The position numbers and the translations under genes are program-made. From NCBI GenBank assembly GCA_030141605.1, contig JAQGDQ010000633.1, positions 58,285 through 122,284 on the forward strand: 64,000 nt of DNA. The letters run 5' to 3'. The stretch's first letter is position 1. The number at the start of each line of letters is the position of its first letter. This stretch comes from Tubiluchus corallicola (taxonomy: Eukaryota; Animalia; Priapulida). Of the stretch, positions 37,059-49,269 are shown piece by piece. Below the pieces are notes generated by a model. The model made no database searches, was not told the DNA's origin, and was given only the letters and a program-made list of their open reading frames with translations.

Positions 37059-37187
37059 TCTAAGTCTGACGACGTATTCCATACACACTTTGAAGCTCGT
37101 TTGTTAGCCATTATCCTAGATAACAGCGCACAGTATCCGGAATCTTCAGTGCTACAACACCGGAAGTATCCTCCTTCTAGTGTCCAG
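37059..37187 (+). CDS. DENND3: DENND3-like exon 2
   Basis: TTAG|SKSDDVFHTHFEARLLAIILDNSAQYPESSVLQHRKYPPSSVQ|GTGAGT; 129 nt, phase 0-0. Confidence 0.75.
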
Positions 37188-37236
37188 GTGAGTTTTAAAT
37201 TGTTTACATTCATCCTGTGAAATTCATTACCGAATC

Positions 37237-37745
37237 TTACAGGAAAGATCAAGCCTATCTAGCAGGTTAGGAGATTAGGCTTATTTTATTCGCAAAAATG
37301 TTAGAAGAATTTCGTAATAAAACTGCAATAAGCGCCTCGAGTAACTAGTAAAATCACTTTAAAGTCGCGGTCACTTCATGATTGGACACTCCCATTTTCA
37401 ATGCCCATTCTTCTTCCAATGATGTCATTCGCCTTGAAGAAAAGTAGCGCATTGTCAATCTTCATCAAAAGTATAGTAAGTTTTCATAAAAAAAAATCGG
37501 AAAGCTACTTTTGTAATGTTTTTGCGTGAATATTAGGTAAGCTGCAGAAGATTCAACTAGTTTAAGCAGCGCGCTTACGGAAAGCCATGCTGCGCTTACG
37601 AACTCTCCCAGTTAAACGATGATTTTCAAGTGAATAATGGCAACCAATTATGAAAGTTTCTCTTTAGAAATAGTATATTTTAAATATGCCGTACAGGTAG
37701 TTTTTTGCAAATTTCTTTGTTATGTTTTTCTAAGTTTAAGTCATA
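37237..37745 (-). mobile_element. uninterrupted copy of the dispersed repeat at 19250-21137
   Basis: reverse-complement homology. Confidence 0.7.
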
Positions 37746-37813
37746 ACAGTGAAATAAACAGTGTACACATATCATGTGTGCAATGGTTTTTGATACGTGA
37801 GTTTATCTTACAG

Positions 37814-37940
37814 GCAAAAAAGTGGAATAAAACGCGCACTTTAAACCGACGTGTCTCCATGCGTAAACCCATGCCGGATGATGTGGAGCAAACGCAAAGT
37901 TCTCTCATGGATTATAATATTCCCGGACTTTGCTTTCCAG
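37814..37940 (+). CDS. DENND3: DENND3-like exon 3
   Basis: AKKWNKTRTL...DYNIPGLCFP, the uDENN LCFP motif; phase 0-1. Confidence 0.85.
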
Positions 37941-38956
37941 GTGTGCTATGTATTTAAGCAGTGCTATGCTATGTATTTGCTAGTGTTTCCATGGTTACCC
38001 TGGTAATTACCCACATTGTTTATCAGGCCACCACATGAGCCTGGTAATTCTAACAATGAGAATGCAGACATTGTTGTTAATATGATATTCATTGTCTGTG
38101 AATTTAAAATTCAAATACCGTCTTCTAAGCACTTCTACAGTATAGATACTGTAGTCTACTAGCAAAGTAATAACTGGAATATAATAAGTGCTCAAGTAAA
38201 AATACACAAAACTATTTATAGTTTCAAAAAGTACTTGACAAGGATCATTTTTGATTCATACGTATAATACAATTTTAATGGTTCCAAATCTCATGCAGTC
38301 GCAATATATGGCCTCCAATCAATTATAATGCTATTTTAATATACCTCTATGTAAATTAAACATACACTGCGGTCGTTTCTTCTCCTCTTTTCCTTCTTAC
38401 TATCCCTAATCTTACTATTTTTTTCCATTTCATCATGTCTACTAACCCTAACCATTCTTTCATTCACTTATTTAACAAGCCAAGCTTTCAAGGTGTCATA
38501 CAGCAACTCTTTTATTTAGTTATTTTGACTTCATCAATGTTTTTCTTACCTATACTGTTTCTTTTTGTTTCAATAATATTGTATGTTGATGTATTGTGTA
38601 TGTATTCCTGGAGTGAAATAAATTGATTGATTGATTGAAGTATTAATTGCTGCATTGCCACCGCATCAGGCTGACAGTGCACGTGTAACAAGACTTGTCA
38701 GCAGCTTTGCTAGCCGCTAGTATGGCATTGTTAGATTGGCTTCGGCAAAAAAATCAACTTTTGAAAATATTTCCTAATTTGGAAATACATCTAAAAGTTG
38801 CAAACGCATAACGGATTAAACCACTTTTGCCGTAGGAGCGACATACATAGAACAACTATGATTTCTTTACCAAGAGGTTAACTATCTAAACAAAATTGTC
38901 TATTTACATTTAAAAAACTCTCTTAGGCCACTAATAAACATATTGTACTACAGGGC

Positions 38957-39364
38957 TGTGGTGAAATGAAATGTAATACTGGCACTGAAATACAGTAGAC
39001 TTCTCAGGTGTGCATGTGAACGTGGCTTTATCTAGCACAGACGCGTATTCTGACCTTGTGTTAGTAAAAGCCACTAGTCACGTGCATACCTGAGCTTATA
39101 AAAAGGGAAGGCCTGCTGTAGACCCTTGTCAGTGGTCGTCTCTTTCATTGCAGCTCTGTTCACATTTCACGGGCTTTGCTGCAGACTCCGTTCTTCTATG
39201 TAAGCTGTTTGCTCCTTATTGGGGGTGTGATATGTAGTAATAAATTGTCATTTCTACTCTATTATTCGGGTTTTGTTTTGGGCGAGGCGTGAATGACTTA
39301 ACTGGGACATGCCGCACGGTGTGGGCCGCGGTGCCATCCGTCCTGCCCCCGTTAAAACCGGACA
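38957..39364 (+). mobile_element. possible solo LTR
   Basis: TGT...ACA ends, TATAAAA at 39097, AATAAA at 39239; no TSD. Confidence 0.35.
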
Positions 39365-39577
39365 GCAGTCCAATACGAACAAACAATTCTTAAGTTTAGC
39401 AACACAAGAACTGCTACTATACATAAGCATGATTCCCTTTAATTCCTACACTGTATTAATGTGGTACCTAGGCTGACATGGCTGCTTCCACTCATTGATG
39501 TAAAGTGTGCAATATGCTTGCAAGTACAGTGTAATTAAGTGTGGCAGGCTGATTGGCTTAAGGATTTAAATTTGTAA

Positions 39578-40727
39578 TGTTACTGTATTTATGATTTTCT
39601 AACACACAGCAAACACTTACAGTCCTGAAGGAGTTAAGTTTGGGATGTCACTGTATTTATGTTCTAACACACAGCAAACACTTACGGTCCTGTAGGAGTT
39701 AAGTTTGGGATGCTACTGTGTTTATGTTCTAACACACTGCAAACACTTACAGTCCTGAAGGAGTTAAGTTTGGAATGTTACTGTATTTATGATTTTCTAA
39801 CACACAGCAAACACTTACAGTCCTGAAGGAGTTAAGTTTGGGATGTTACTGTATTTATGTTCTAACACACAGCAAACACTTACGGTCCTGTAGGAGTTAA
39901 GTTTGGGATGTTACTGTATTTATGTTCTAACACACTGCAAACACTTACAGTCCTGTAGGAGTCAAGTTTGGGATGCTACTGTATTTATGTTCTAACACAC
40001 AGCAAACACTTACGGTCCTGTAGGAGTTAAGTTTGGGACGTTACTGTATTTATGATTTTCTAACACACAGCAAACACTTACAGTTCTGAAGGAGTTAAGT
40101 TTGGGACGTTACTGTATTTATGTGCTAACACACAGCAAACACTTACAGTCCTGTAGGAGTTAAGTTTGGGATGTTACTGTATTTATGTTCTAACACACAG
40201 CAAACACTTACAGTCTTGTAGGAGTCAAGTTTGGGATGCTACTGTATTTATGTTCTAACACACAGCAAACACTTACGGTCCTGTAGGAGTTAAGTTTGGG
40301 ACGTTACTGTATTTATGATTTTCTAACACACAGCAAACACCTACAGTTCTGAAGGAGTTAAGTTTGGGACGTTACTGTATTTATGTGCTAACACACAGCA
40401 AACACTTACAGTCCTGTAGGAGTTAAGTTTGGGATGTTACTGTATTTATGTTCTAACACACAGCAAACACTTACAGTCTTGTAGGAGTCAAGTTTGGGAT
40501 GCTACTGTATTTATGTTCTAACACACAGCAAACACTTACGGTCCTGTAGGAGTTAAGTTTGGGACATTACTGTATTTATGATTTCTAACACACAGCAAAC
40601 ACTTACAGTCTTGAAGGAGTCAAGTTTGGGATGTTACTGTATTTATGTTCTAACACACAGCAAACACTTTCGGTCCTGAAGGAATTGAGTTTGGTATGTT
40701 ACTGTATTTATGATTTTCTAAAACACA
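39578..40727. repeat. 59-62-bp minisatellite, ~19 copies, abutting the exon 4 acceptor
   Basis: unit TTCTAACACACAGCAAACACTTACAGTCCTGAAGGAGTTAAGTTTGGGATGTTACTGTATTTATG. Confidence 0.95.
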
Positions 40728-40738
40728 TTTTCTTATAG

Positions 40739-40863
40739 AGAATGCAAGAGTGTATGAGACGGAGCCTCAGTCACACGTTCATTCATTTGTTCTTACTCAC
40801 ATTAGTGGGGACAGGAAATATGCAACTTGTTTCACTTACTATCGACCGTTCATTGCAGAAAAG
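40739..40863 (+). CDS. DENND3: DENND3-like exon 4
   Basis: ENARVYETEPQSHVHSFVLTHISGDRKYATCFTYYRPFIAEK, the uDENN FVLT-x-G-R-Y motif; phase 1-0. Confidence 0.9.
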
Positions 40864-41116
40864 GTAATTTCACTTCAATGTTAATTTTGTGTTGCTGAAA
40901 GGTGTAAAAGTCAGAAGTGCATGTGGACAGTCCACTATGTGACTGATGTAGGTAATTTTCCCTTGGTGAAAAACAGTGGGTGCTTAGGGGTGAGATGAAA
41001 CTGACCGGTTGCAGTTTTCTTGTTAGTCACTCACTAAGTCATTAAGTTTGCAGGTTGTCAAACCATGACCATTTAGCTATTTTCCTTATTCGTGGTTATA
41101 ATTAACTTTGATAATT

Positions 41117-41485
41117 AGCCTTTTCACGATTCGAGCGATTGATGATGATCGTGAAAAAGTCAAAGGTTAAGTGTACCAGACAACTCATTTGTGTACACTT
41201 GACAAAGCCTCACAGTCCAAGCTGTTGTAATACTAACAGTTTTCTCAGTTAGCTAGAACCTTACCTAGTTCATTTTTTATCGTTCCCAAGCAAGATCCTG
41301 CTAGTAAATCACTCTAAGCACAGACTAATGCATAATTAAGTAAAGTCCATGGATAACAACTGAAGTTACTGAACTGATGCGGCAGACGGCCTTGCTTCAC
41401 GCACGCACGTCACACTGATGGTTGTAGTCAAGACGCGTTGATCTGGTACACTTAACTTTTGACCTACAGCAAAGTGTGAAGGTTT
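41117..41485 (-). mobile_element. AGCCTTTTCAC-family MITE, near full length
   Basis: starts AGCCTTTTCAC; degenerate GTGAAGGTT end. Confidence 0.7.
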
Positions 41486-41509
41486 ATTGCCACAGTTTGT
41501 TTTTTTAAC

Positions 41510-41543
<34 letters not shown>

Positions 41544-41635
41544 AAACTTTAACTTGTTTATTACTTTTGTGTGTGAAATTTTGAAGAAGGTTAGAGCTGT
41601 TGAACAAACTGCTTTTACCTGTGGCTTTACTTTAG

Positions 41636-41787
41636 ATATCAGATGGCACATATGAATTATCCGAGGAAGTTTACCCGGGTGAATTGTCGCACATCTCTTC
41701 TCAACAATTTCGTTGTCATGTTCCGACATGCTGTGTTCTCATTGGAAAACAGTCGTATCTCCACGTGATGAAGGATTGTTTGTCTTG
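41636..41787 (+). CDS. DENND3: DENND3-like exon 5
   Basis: ...FRCHVPTCCVLIGKQSYLHVMKDCLS (compare DENND3 [24 protein letters not shown]); phase 0-2. Confidence 0.9.
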
Positions 41788-41907
41788 GTAAGAGTTAGTT
41801 TGTATCCAGATTTTGTCTTGGTAAGAGTTCACTTGTATCCCGATTCTGTCTTGGTAGAAGTTAGTTTGTATCCCAATTTTGTCTTGGTAGAAGTTAGTTT
41901 GCATCCA
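41779..41907 (+). repeat. 33-bp tandem repeat spanning the exon 5 donor, 4 copies
   Basis: TTTGTCTTG|GTAAGAGTTAGTTTGTATCC. Confidence 0.9.
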
Positions 41908-41926
41908 AGGATGTCTTACTTTACTG

Positions 41927-42617
41927 AAAAGTCACAGGTAAAAAGTCACAGGTAAAAAGACACAGGTAAAAACTCTCAGTAATAACTCACAGGTAAAAAG
42001 TCACTGGTAAAAACTTACAGTAAAAAGTCACAGGTAAAAAGTCGCAGGTAAAAAGACACGGGTAAAAAGTCACAGGTAAAAAGTCACAGGTAAAAACTTA
42101 CAGGTAAAAACTCACAGGTAAAAAGTCACAGGAAAAACTCACAGGTAAAAAGTCACAGGTAAAAAGTCACAGGTAAAAACTTACAGGTAAAAAGTCACAG
42201 GTAAAAACTTACAGGTAAAAACTCACAGGTAAAAAGTCACAGGTAAAAACTTACAGGTAAAAAGTCACAGGTAAAAACTTACAGGTAAAAAGTCACAGGT
42301 AAAAACCTACAGGTAAAAACTTACAGGTAAAAAGTCACAGGTAAAAACTTACAGGTAAAAAGTCACAGGTAAAAACTTACAGGTAAAAACTCACAGGTAA
42401 AAAGTCACAGGTAAAAACTTACAGGTAAAAAGTCACAGGTAAAAACTTTCAGGTAAAAAGTCACAGGTAAAAACCTACAGGTAAAAACTTACAGGTAAAA
42501 AGTCACAGGTAAAAACTTACAGGTAAAAAGTCACAGGTAAAAACTTACAGGTAAAAAGTCACAGGTAAAAACTCACAGGTAAAAAGTCACAGGTAAAAAC
42601 TTACAGGTAAAAAGTCA
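41927..42617. repeat. 14-bp minisatellite, ~49 copies, followed by (CTAACC)3 and an inverted GTGACTTT
   Basis: unit TCACAGGTAAAAAG; likely the expanded subterminal repeat of a small element ending ~42722. Confidence 0.9.
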
Positions 42618-43015
42618 GAGAAAAGAGTAACAAGAAAAACGGCAGAGAAAAACTCTAACCCTAACCCTAACCTTAATCATAATCAAATGTGATTTGTTTG
42701 TGTGACTTTGTTACTGGTTACCAAGTCCACTACTTAATTGCGTTTTTAATCAAGCAAAAGTTTATTAAACATGTGCTTCAAAGCCAACCTGTCCAAATTA
42801 GTTCCTGTACTATCGTGTACCAACTTGTCTAGCTTGAACACAAAAAATGCACTATTATGATAATTATTGCTTAAAAATGTTACCCCACGTTTATTATCAC
42901 GCAATTCAGCTGTTTGAGGACTATTTAAAATTTATGCAACAAGTTCATGAAAGAGAATAATTGGTGACTGTAATGGTCCTAATAGACGATGGCTCGTTAA
43001 GGTTAAATGTTACAG

Positions 43016-43124
43016 GCTCGCTTCGCGATTGAAGTCCAGTCCACGAGATTTCCGGTCAATATTAGAAGATTTCGCTCTCACTGTGACAAGGGTGCCTGCG
43101 CCGCCTTATGGCAGTCTAGACGTG
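43016..43124 (+). CDS. DENND3: DENND3-like exon 6
   Basis: WLASRLKSSPRDFRSILEDFALTVTRVPAPPYGSLDV; phase 2-0. Confidence 0.9.
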
Positions 43125-43331
43125 GTATGTTTGATGTTTGTATTTTCTAGTAATCAAACTGACTATTATAATTTAACATTTAAGCACGACAAGGTACGTT
43201 AAATGTTTAATATTCACTAATGTACTCAAGCCAATATCTTAAAAACTGAACTTACAGTTACTGCTTCAGTAAAGGAGCAACTCTTTAATAAATTATGTTT
43301 TTGCCTTAAAATCAAAACATGTACTTGTTAA

Positions 43332-43934
43332 CCCTTTTACTGTGGAAGACAGAACACTGTCGCCTATGTTTTTTTCGTGTGAAGGAACGCGGTAGACTGC
43401 TGCCCGAGCTCAGCACTAAGTGCAGTCACTCGGGTCTGTCTGTTTCGCTATGACAGCCGTGCAGAAAACATTGTAGAAACGTTTAAGAGTCGTGAGATTG
43501 GGGGTGCTTTGCACCAAGTAATGCTAACTGGCCAATCAGCGTCTGAAGCCAGGTGCATTCCACAATACTGTACTGTTTGATACGTTCCCATGCAAAATCA
43601 CTTGTAGATCGTTGATGAATCGTATGTTTAGTTGTTTAGTCTGCATTCTTATGAAATGATTGTATATTATTGATTAGTATTGTGTCTTTTGTGAATACTG
43701 GTTTCTAAACATAAGTACATGCTTATTTATGGTGGTGTGCACGTATGTGTGTGGATGTGTGCATGTATGTGTGTGCATGTGTGCAGTTAAAACTAATATT
43801 CAGTATTTGTGTTTAATAACGAGTACTGTTTGCCTATTTAAATATTCTGTTTTAATAACACACCACAAGAAGTTATTGTCAGATGTGCAAAAGGCAATAT
43901 GGCCCAGTGAAAAAGTAATTACGTAGTGAAAGGG
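43332..43934. mobile_element. piggyBac-like MITE
   Basis: TTAA|CCCTTTTACT...AGTGAAAGGG|TTAA. Confidence 0.85.
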
Positions 43935-43985
43935 TTAATGCTAGTGCGATACTTCGTACAGTTAATAATACTAATAGTCAGAATA

Positions 43986-44002
43986 TCTCTCTCTCTCTCT
44001 CT

Positions 44003-44092
<90 letters not shown>

Positions 44093-44144
44093 TCTCACCC
44101 TCTCTCTCTCTCTCTCCCTCTCTCACCCCCTCTCTCTCTCTCCC

Positions 44145-44197
<53 letters not shown>
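43986..44197. repeat. (CT)n microsatellite
   Basis: direct inspection. Confidence 0.98.
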
Positions 44198-44314
44198 ATG
44201 TTTAGTCTAATGACTAGATTTAATGTAATACTAATGTTATATGTCAAAGTTTACTTCATAGTGATGCAAAATTTACGTCATATATCAGATGCCATTGGTG
44301 GAATTTACTATTAA

Positions 44315-45071
44315 CCCTTTCACTACATAGTTGCTTTTTAACAGGGCTGCTTAGGCTTTTGCACATTTGACAATAACTTCTTGTGGTGTGTTACTAAAAC
44401 AGGATCTTATAATTAAACAAATAGCCATTTGCTATGAATTAGCAATATTGAATAATAGTTTTGTTTATACACACGTGCACACATCCACACATACATTCAC
44501 TCATACACACCCACACAAATAAGCACATACAATCAACCCTCGTTAAACCGGACTAATTGGGGGGGTGGGTGGTCGGTTTAGCCGATTGTCCGATTTATCC
44601 GATATGCCTATATATGGTCTATATTATACAGGAATAATCACCTTAATAAGGCCTATATACATTGCACTATATACTATACTGTATATTACTTTAAAATAGT
44701 TAAGTATAATTTAGGATAAAGGTATACTGTGAGGATAAAGAAATTAGCGACTGCTTTCGATGGGGTAAGCAAACTGAATTTTGGCGGGAATCGTAGCAGC
44801 CTGGGTGATTTTGTGATTCTGCATGAGAACGTACCGTACAGTACAGTATCGTGGAATGCACCTGGCTTTGGATGCTGATTGGCCAGTTAGCATTACTTGT
44901 TGCGAAGCTACCCCAATCCCGCGGCTGTTTAACTTTTCTACAATGTTTTTGCAGGTCCGTAGCAGTGAAATGAACAGACCTGGGTGACTGAGCTTGGGTG
45001 GCGGTGTGCCGCCTTCCGTCCCTTGCATGAAAAACATAGGTGGCAGTGAACCACCTTCCGTAGTGAAAGGG
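44315..45071. mobile_element. piggyBac-like MITE, inverted relative to 43332-43934, with internal insertion ~44530-44808
   Basis: TTAA|CCCTTTCACTAC...GTAGTGAAAGGG|TTAA. Confidence 0.85.
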
Positions 45072-45229
45072 TTAACTGTGTAATTGTTGTATATATCTGC
45101 ATTTGTTAATTATTGTGTAAAATGCATGCGTTTGTTTGTATCTTTGTTGTATATGTTTAAAATGTTTTGTGCCATGAACATTTGGTTTGCAATAAAAATT
45201 TAAATCAGAATTAAATTAATTTCCTGCAG

Positions 45230-45427
45230 GCTTTTGCATTGGGCAGCGACATCATACAAGTGGCGCCACCATTAGCGGCTGGCAGGTTGCCAATAGATTT
45301 TCCACTTAGTTACATATTTTTGCATTTCTCATTGGATCATGTGACTAAGATAATCACCTGCTTACTCATGCAGAGAAATATGGTGTTTGTGTCTTCAGAC
45401 GTTTCGCTATTGACACCAATTTTTGAG
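45230..45427 (+). CDS. DENND3: DENND3-like exon 7 (cDENN core)
   Basis: AFALGSDIIQVAPP...LPIDFPLSYIFLHFSLDHVTKIITCLLMQRNMVFVSSDVSLLTPIFE; 198 nt, phase 0-0. Confidence 0.95.
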
Positions 45428-45462
45428 GTGAGTGTTTTTGAAGTTGCAGTGTGGAAACTGTG

Positions 45463-45464
<2 letters not shown>

Positions 45465-45513
<49 letters not shown>

Positions 45514-45532
45514 AGAGAGGGAGGGAGGGAGG
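45465..45532. repeat. (GA)n microsatellite
   Basis: direct inspection. Confidence 0.95.
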
Positions 45533-45752
45533 TAGATAGAGACTCTACTGAAATGACGTAAATTGTAATGTAAAATGCATTTCATGAAAATGTATTAAAT
45601 GACATATCCCTGTAATTGGGCAGAAAAACTAAAGACAGTAGCCAATGCTTCACATTCCGGACTAGTTCATTAGCAGTTTAATATAATCTCTATCCAGTTT
45701 TTTTGCGTTTATTGATTGTAATCTCTAATCATTTGCCTGTTCATTTTTATAG

Positions 45753-45893
45753 GGGCTCTTTGCGCTAATCTATCCATTCACTTGGAGGTACGTGTACGTG
45801 CCGTTAGTTCCTGCTTCGTTTATGGATCTATTAGATGCTCCTGGTACTAATCTGTACGGATGCCATAAGTCTTGCTATAATCATGTGAAAAAG
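45753..45893 (+). CDS. DENND3: DENND3-like exon 8
   Basis: GLFALIYPFTWRYVYVPLVPASFMDLLDAPGTNLYGCHKS, the DENN YPF-W-YVP...AP motif; phase 0-0. Confidence 0.95.
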
Positions 45894-46068
45894 GTAATAA
45901 ACTTTTGCTCAAATGATCAAAATTCGTTCACCAACTCCAATGAAATTTCGTTATTAATCATGTGACTAAATAATCATACCAAATTAGGAGGTAAATGACA
46001 AGTACAAATGCAGTGGCATAGTTAATAGGGGAGCAAGGGGAGCAACTCCTCCTCCAAACACAAATTGG

Positions 46069-46688
46069 CCCCTAACTTTAGAACTTGGCTATGCCCCTGT
46101 CATAGCATCTTTTTTATGTACTTGCTCCCCCTAACTTTACAACCTGGCTACGCCCCTGTCATAGCATCTTTTTTATGTACTTGCTCCCCCTAACTTTAGA
46201 ACCTGGCTACGCCCCTGTCACAGTGTCTTTTTTATGTGCTTGCTCCCCCTAACTTTAGAACCTGGCTACACCCCTGTCATAGCATCTTTTTTATGTACTT
46301 GCTCCCCCTAACTTTAGAACCTGGCTACGCCCCTGTCACAGTGTCTTTTTTATGTACTTGCTCCCCCTAACTTTAGAACCTGGCTATGCCCCTGTCACAG
46401 TGTCTTTTTTATGTACTTGCTCCCCCTAACTTTAGAACCTGGCTATGCCCCTGTCATAGCATCTTTTTTATGTACTTGCTCCCCCTAACTTTAGAACCTG
46501 GCTATGCCCCTGTCATAGCATCTTTTTTATGTACTTGCTCCCCCTAACTTTAGAACCTGGCTACGCCCCTGTCACAGTGTCTTTTTTATGTGCTTGTTCC
46601 CCCTAACTTTAGAACCTGGCTATGCCCCTGTCACAGTGTCTTTTTTATGTGCTTGCTCCCCCTAACTTTACAACTTGGCTATGCCCCG
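46069..46688. repeat. 59-bp minisatellite, ~10.5 copies, built on a MITE terminus
   Basis: unit CCCCTAACTTTAGAACCTGGCTACGCCCCTG plus flank; the opposite end CAGTGGCATAG lies at 46010. Confidence 0.9.
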
Positions 46689-47143
46689 CGTAAAATGACT
46701 AAAATAGAAGAATAGCAAAGGAAATAATTAAGAACTGAGTTTTCTAAGTTATATTGGATAAGTTGAGTTAATGATTTTCTGTATGAGTAAATTATTCTAC
46801 GCACAGACTAATGCGTAATTAAGTAAAATCCACATAAAACCACCGAAGTTACTGAACTGATACGACATATGGCTTTGCCTTTCTTACATGTCACTTTACA
46901 GTTGCAGTTAACAACCGTGGTTACTGAACTGATGCTGCAGACGCTTATGCTTTACCCACATGTCACATGACGATTGCTGTTAAGACGCGTTACTGTGGTA
47001 CACTTAACCTTTGACCTACAGCAACCGCGGGTGCGAAACTGTGAAAAGGCTTAATTAATTAATAATAATAATTAATTTATTAATAAAGGAATTTTTTATT
47101 TGCCATCATACTTCGTATGTGACTATAATCGATTGTATTACAG

Positions 47144-47334
47144 TTGTCTGGCGTCGTGATTGCCGATGTAGATACGGGTGAAGTTTGGACGACTGCAACA
47201 TCTGATGACGATGACTTTACCGACTTGTCTGAAGAGTATGCTTCAATACCTGACATGCCTGAACAAGCCGTTCGAATTCTTCACACCGACATGGAGAAAG
47301 TGAAATTACATTTTGACATCGAATTATGTCAGAA
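47144..47334 (+). CDS. DENND3: DENND3-like exon 9
   Basis: LSGVVIADVDTGEV...IPDMPEQAVRILHTDMEKVKLHFDIELCQ; phase 0-2. Confidence 0.92.
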
Positions 47335-47444
47335 GTAAGATTTGGATTTTTAAATTAACACTTTATTTCAAATGTAATGTTCATAAAAGCACAACATTGT
47401 TTACTACATAGTCTGGTTGCTATAGGAACAGGTTGCAGGTAGAA

Positions 47445-48982
47445 ATGTTCAGCGTTGTTAAAATGAAACGTGCGTCGTTAAGCTAGAAAAAGGTGTCAAA
47501 TGTTCAACGTCGTTAAAATGAAACGTGCTCGTTAAGTTAGAATAAGGTGTCAAATGTTCAACGTCGTTAAAATGAAACGTGCTCGTTAAGTTAGAATAAG
47601 GTGTCAAATGTTCAACGTCGTTAAAATGAAACGTGCTCGTTAAGTTAGAAAAGGGTGTCAAATGTTCGGCGTCGTTAAAATGAAACGTGCTCGTTAAGTT
47701 AGAATAAGGTGTCAAATGTTCAACGTCGTTAAAATGAAACGTGCTCGTTAAGTTAGAATAAGGTGTCAAATGTTCAACGTCGTTAAAATGAAACGTGCTC
47801 GTTAAGTTAGAAAAGGGTGTCAAATGTTCGGCGTCGTTAAAATGAAACGTGCTCGTTAAGTTAGAATAAGGTGTCAAATGTTCAACGTCGTTAAAATGAA
47901 ACGTGCTCGTTAAGTTAGAAAAGGGTGTCAAATGTTCAACGTCGTTAAAATGAAACGTGCTCGTTAAGTTAGAATAAGGTGTCAAATGTTCAACGTCGTT
48001 AAAATGAAACGTGCTCGTTAAGTTAGAATAAGGTGTCAAATGTTCAACGTCGTTAAAATGAAACGTGCTCGCTAAGTTAGAAAAAGGTGTCAAATGTTCA
48101 ACGTCGTTAAAATGAAACGTGCTCGTTAAGTTAGAAAAGGGTGTCAAATGTTCGGCGTCGTTAAAATGAAACGTGCGTCGTTAAGTTAGAAAAAGGTGTC
48201 AAATGTTCAGTGTCGTTAAGTTGAAAAAGGTGTCAAATGTTCAGTGTCGTTAAGTTAGAAAGAGGTGTCAAATGTTCAGCATCGTTAAGTTGGAAAAAGG
48301 TGTCAAATGTTCAGCATCGTTAAGTTAGAAAAAGGTGTCAAATGTTCACTGTCGTTAAGTTAGAAAAAGGTGTCAAATGTTCAGTGTCGTTAAGTTAGAA
48401 AAAGGTGTCAAATGTTCAGCATCGTTAAGTTAGAAAAAGGTGTCAAATGTTCAGTGTCGTTAAGTTAGAAAAAGGTGTCAAATGTTCAGCGTCGTTAAGT
48501 TAGAAAAAGGTGTCAAATGTTCAGTGTCGTTAAGTTGGAAAAAGGTGTCAAATGTTCAGTGTCGTTAAGTTGGAAGAAGGTGTCAAATGTTCAGTGTCGT
48601 TAAGTTGGAAAAAGGTGTCAAATGTTCAGCGTCGTTAAGTTAGAAAAAAAGTGTCAAATGTTCAGTGTCGTTAAGTTAGAAAAAGGTGTCAAATGTTCAG
48701 TGTCGTTAAGTTAGAAAAAAGGTGTCAAATGTTCAGCATCGTTAAGTTAGAAAAAGGTGTCAAATGTTCAGTGTCGTTAAGTTAGAAAAAGGTGTCAAAT
48801 GTTCAGTGTCGTTAAGTTAGAAAAAGGTGTCAAATGTTCAGCGTCGTTAAGTTAGAAAAAAAGTGTCAAATGTTCAGTGTCGTTAAGTTGGAAAAAGGTG
48901 TCAAATGTTCAGTGTCGTTAAGTTAGAAAAAGGTGTCAAATGTTCAGCATCGTTAAGTTAGAAAAAGGTGTCAAATGTTCAG
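47445..48982. repeat. compound minisatellite: 54-bp unit (~13 copies) then its 35-bp deletion derivative (~23 copies)
   Basis: shared core GTTAAGTTAGAAAAAGGTGTCAAATGTTC; switch near 48177. Confidence 0.95.
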
Positions 48983-49158
48983 GTTGTGGTGCTGATTATT
49001 GATTTTCGCTGTCATAAGAAATGCGCCTGACTATTTTGTTTGGAAAGCGTAAATGTGGATGAAATTTCTACTTGCTAATTAAGAATCTTTGGTTTAATCA
49101 AATGCTGCTAGGCAGTTATGATTATTTTTTCATCAGAAAATTTTCGTTTATCTTTTAG

Positions 49159-49269
49159 GCCGACTCCCCAAAGTTTCTCAGAATTTAGGAACTTGCATTC
49201 AGAATTCATGCACAGGTGTAACGGACGAATACTGACCGCCTTTTTCTTCTTCATCTTCAGCATCTTTTG
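49159..49269 (+). CDS. DENND3: DENND3-like exon 10
   Basis: KPTPQSFSEFRNLHSEFMHRCNGRILTAFFFFIFSIF; phase 2-2. Confidence 0.9.

Noticed and set aside
42654-42672. Telomere (CCCTAA)n
   Set aside because: Only ~3 units, inside an intron and embedded in a small repeat element.
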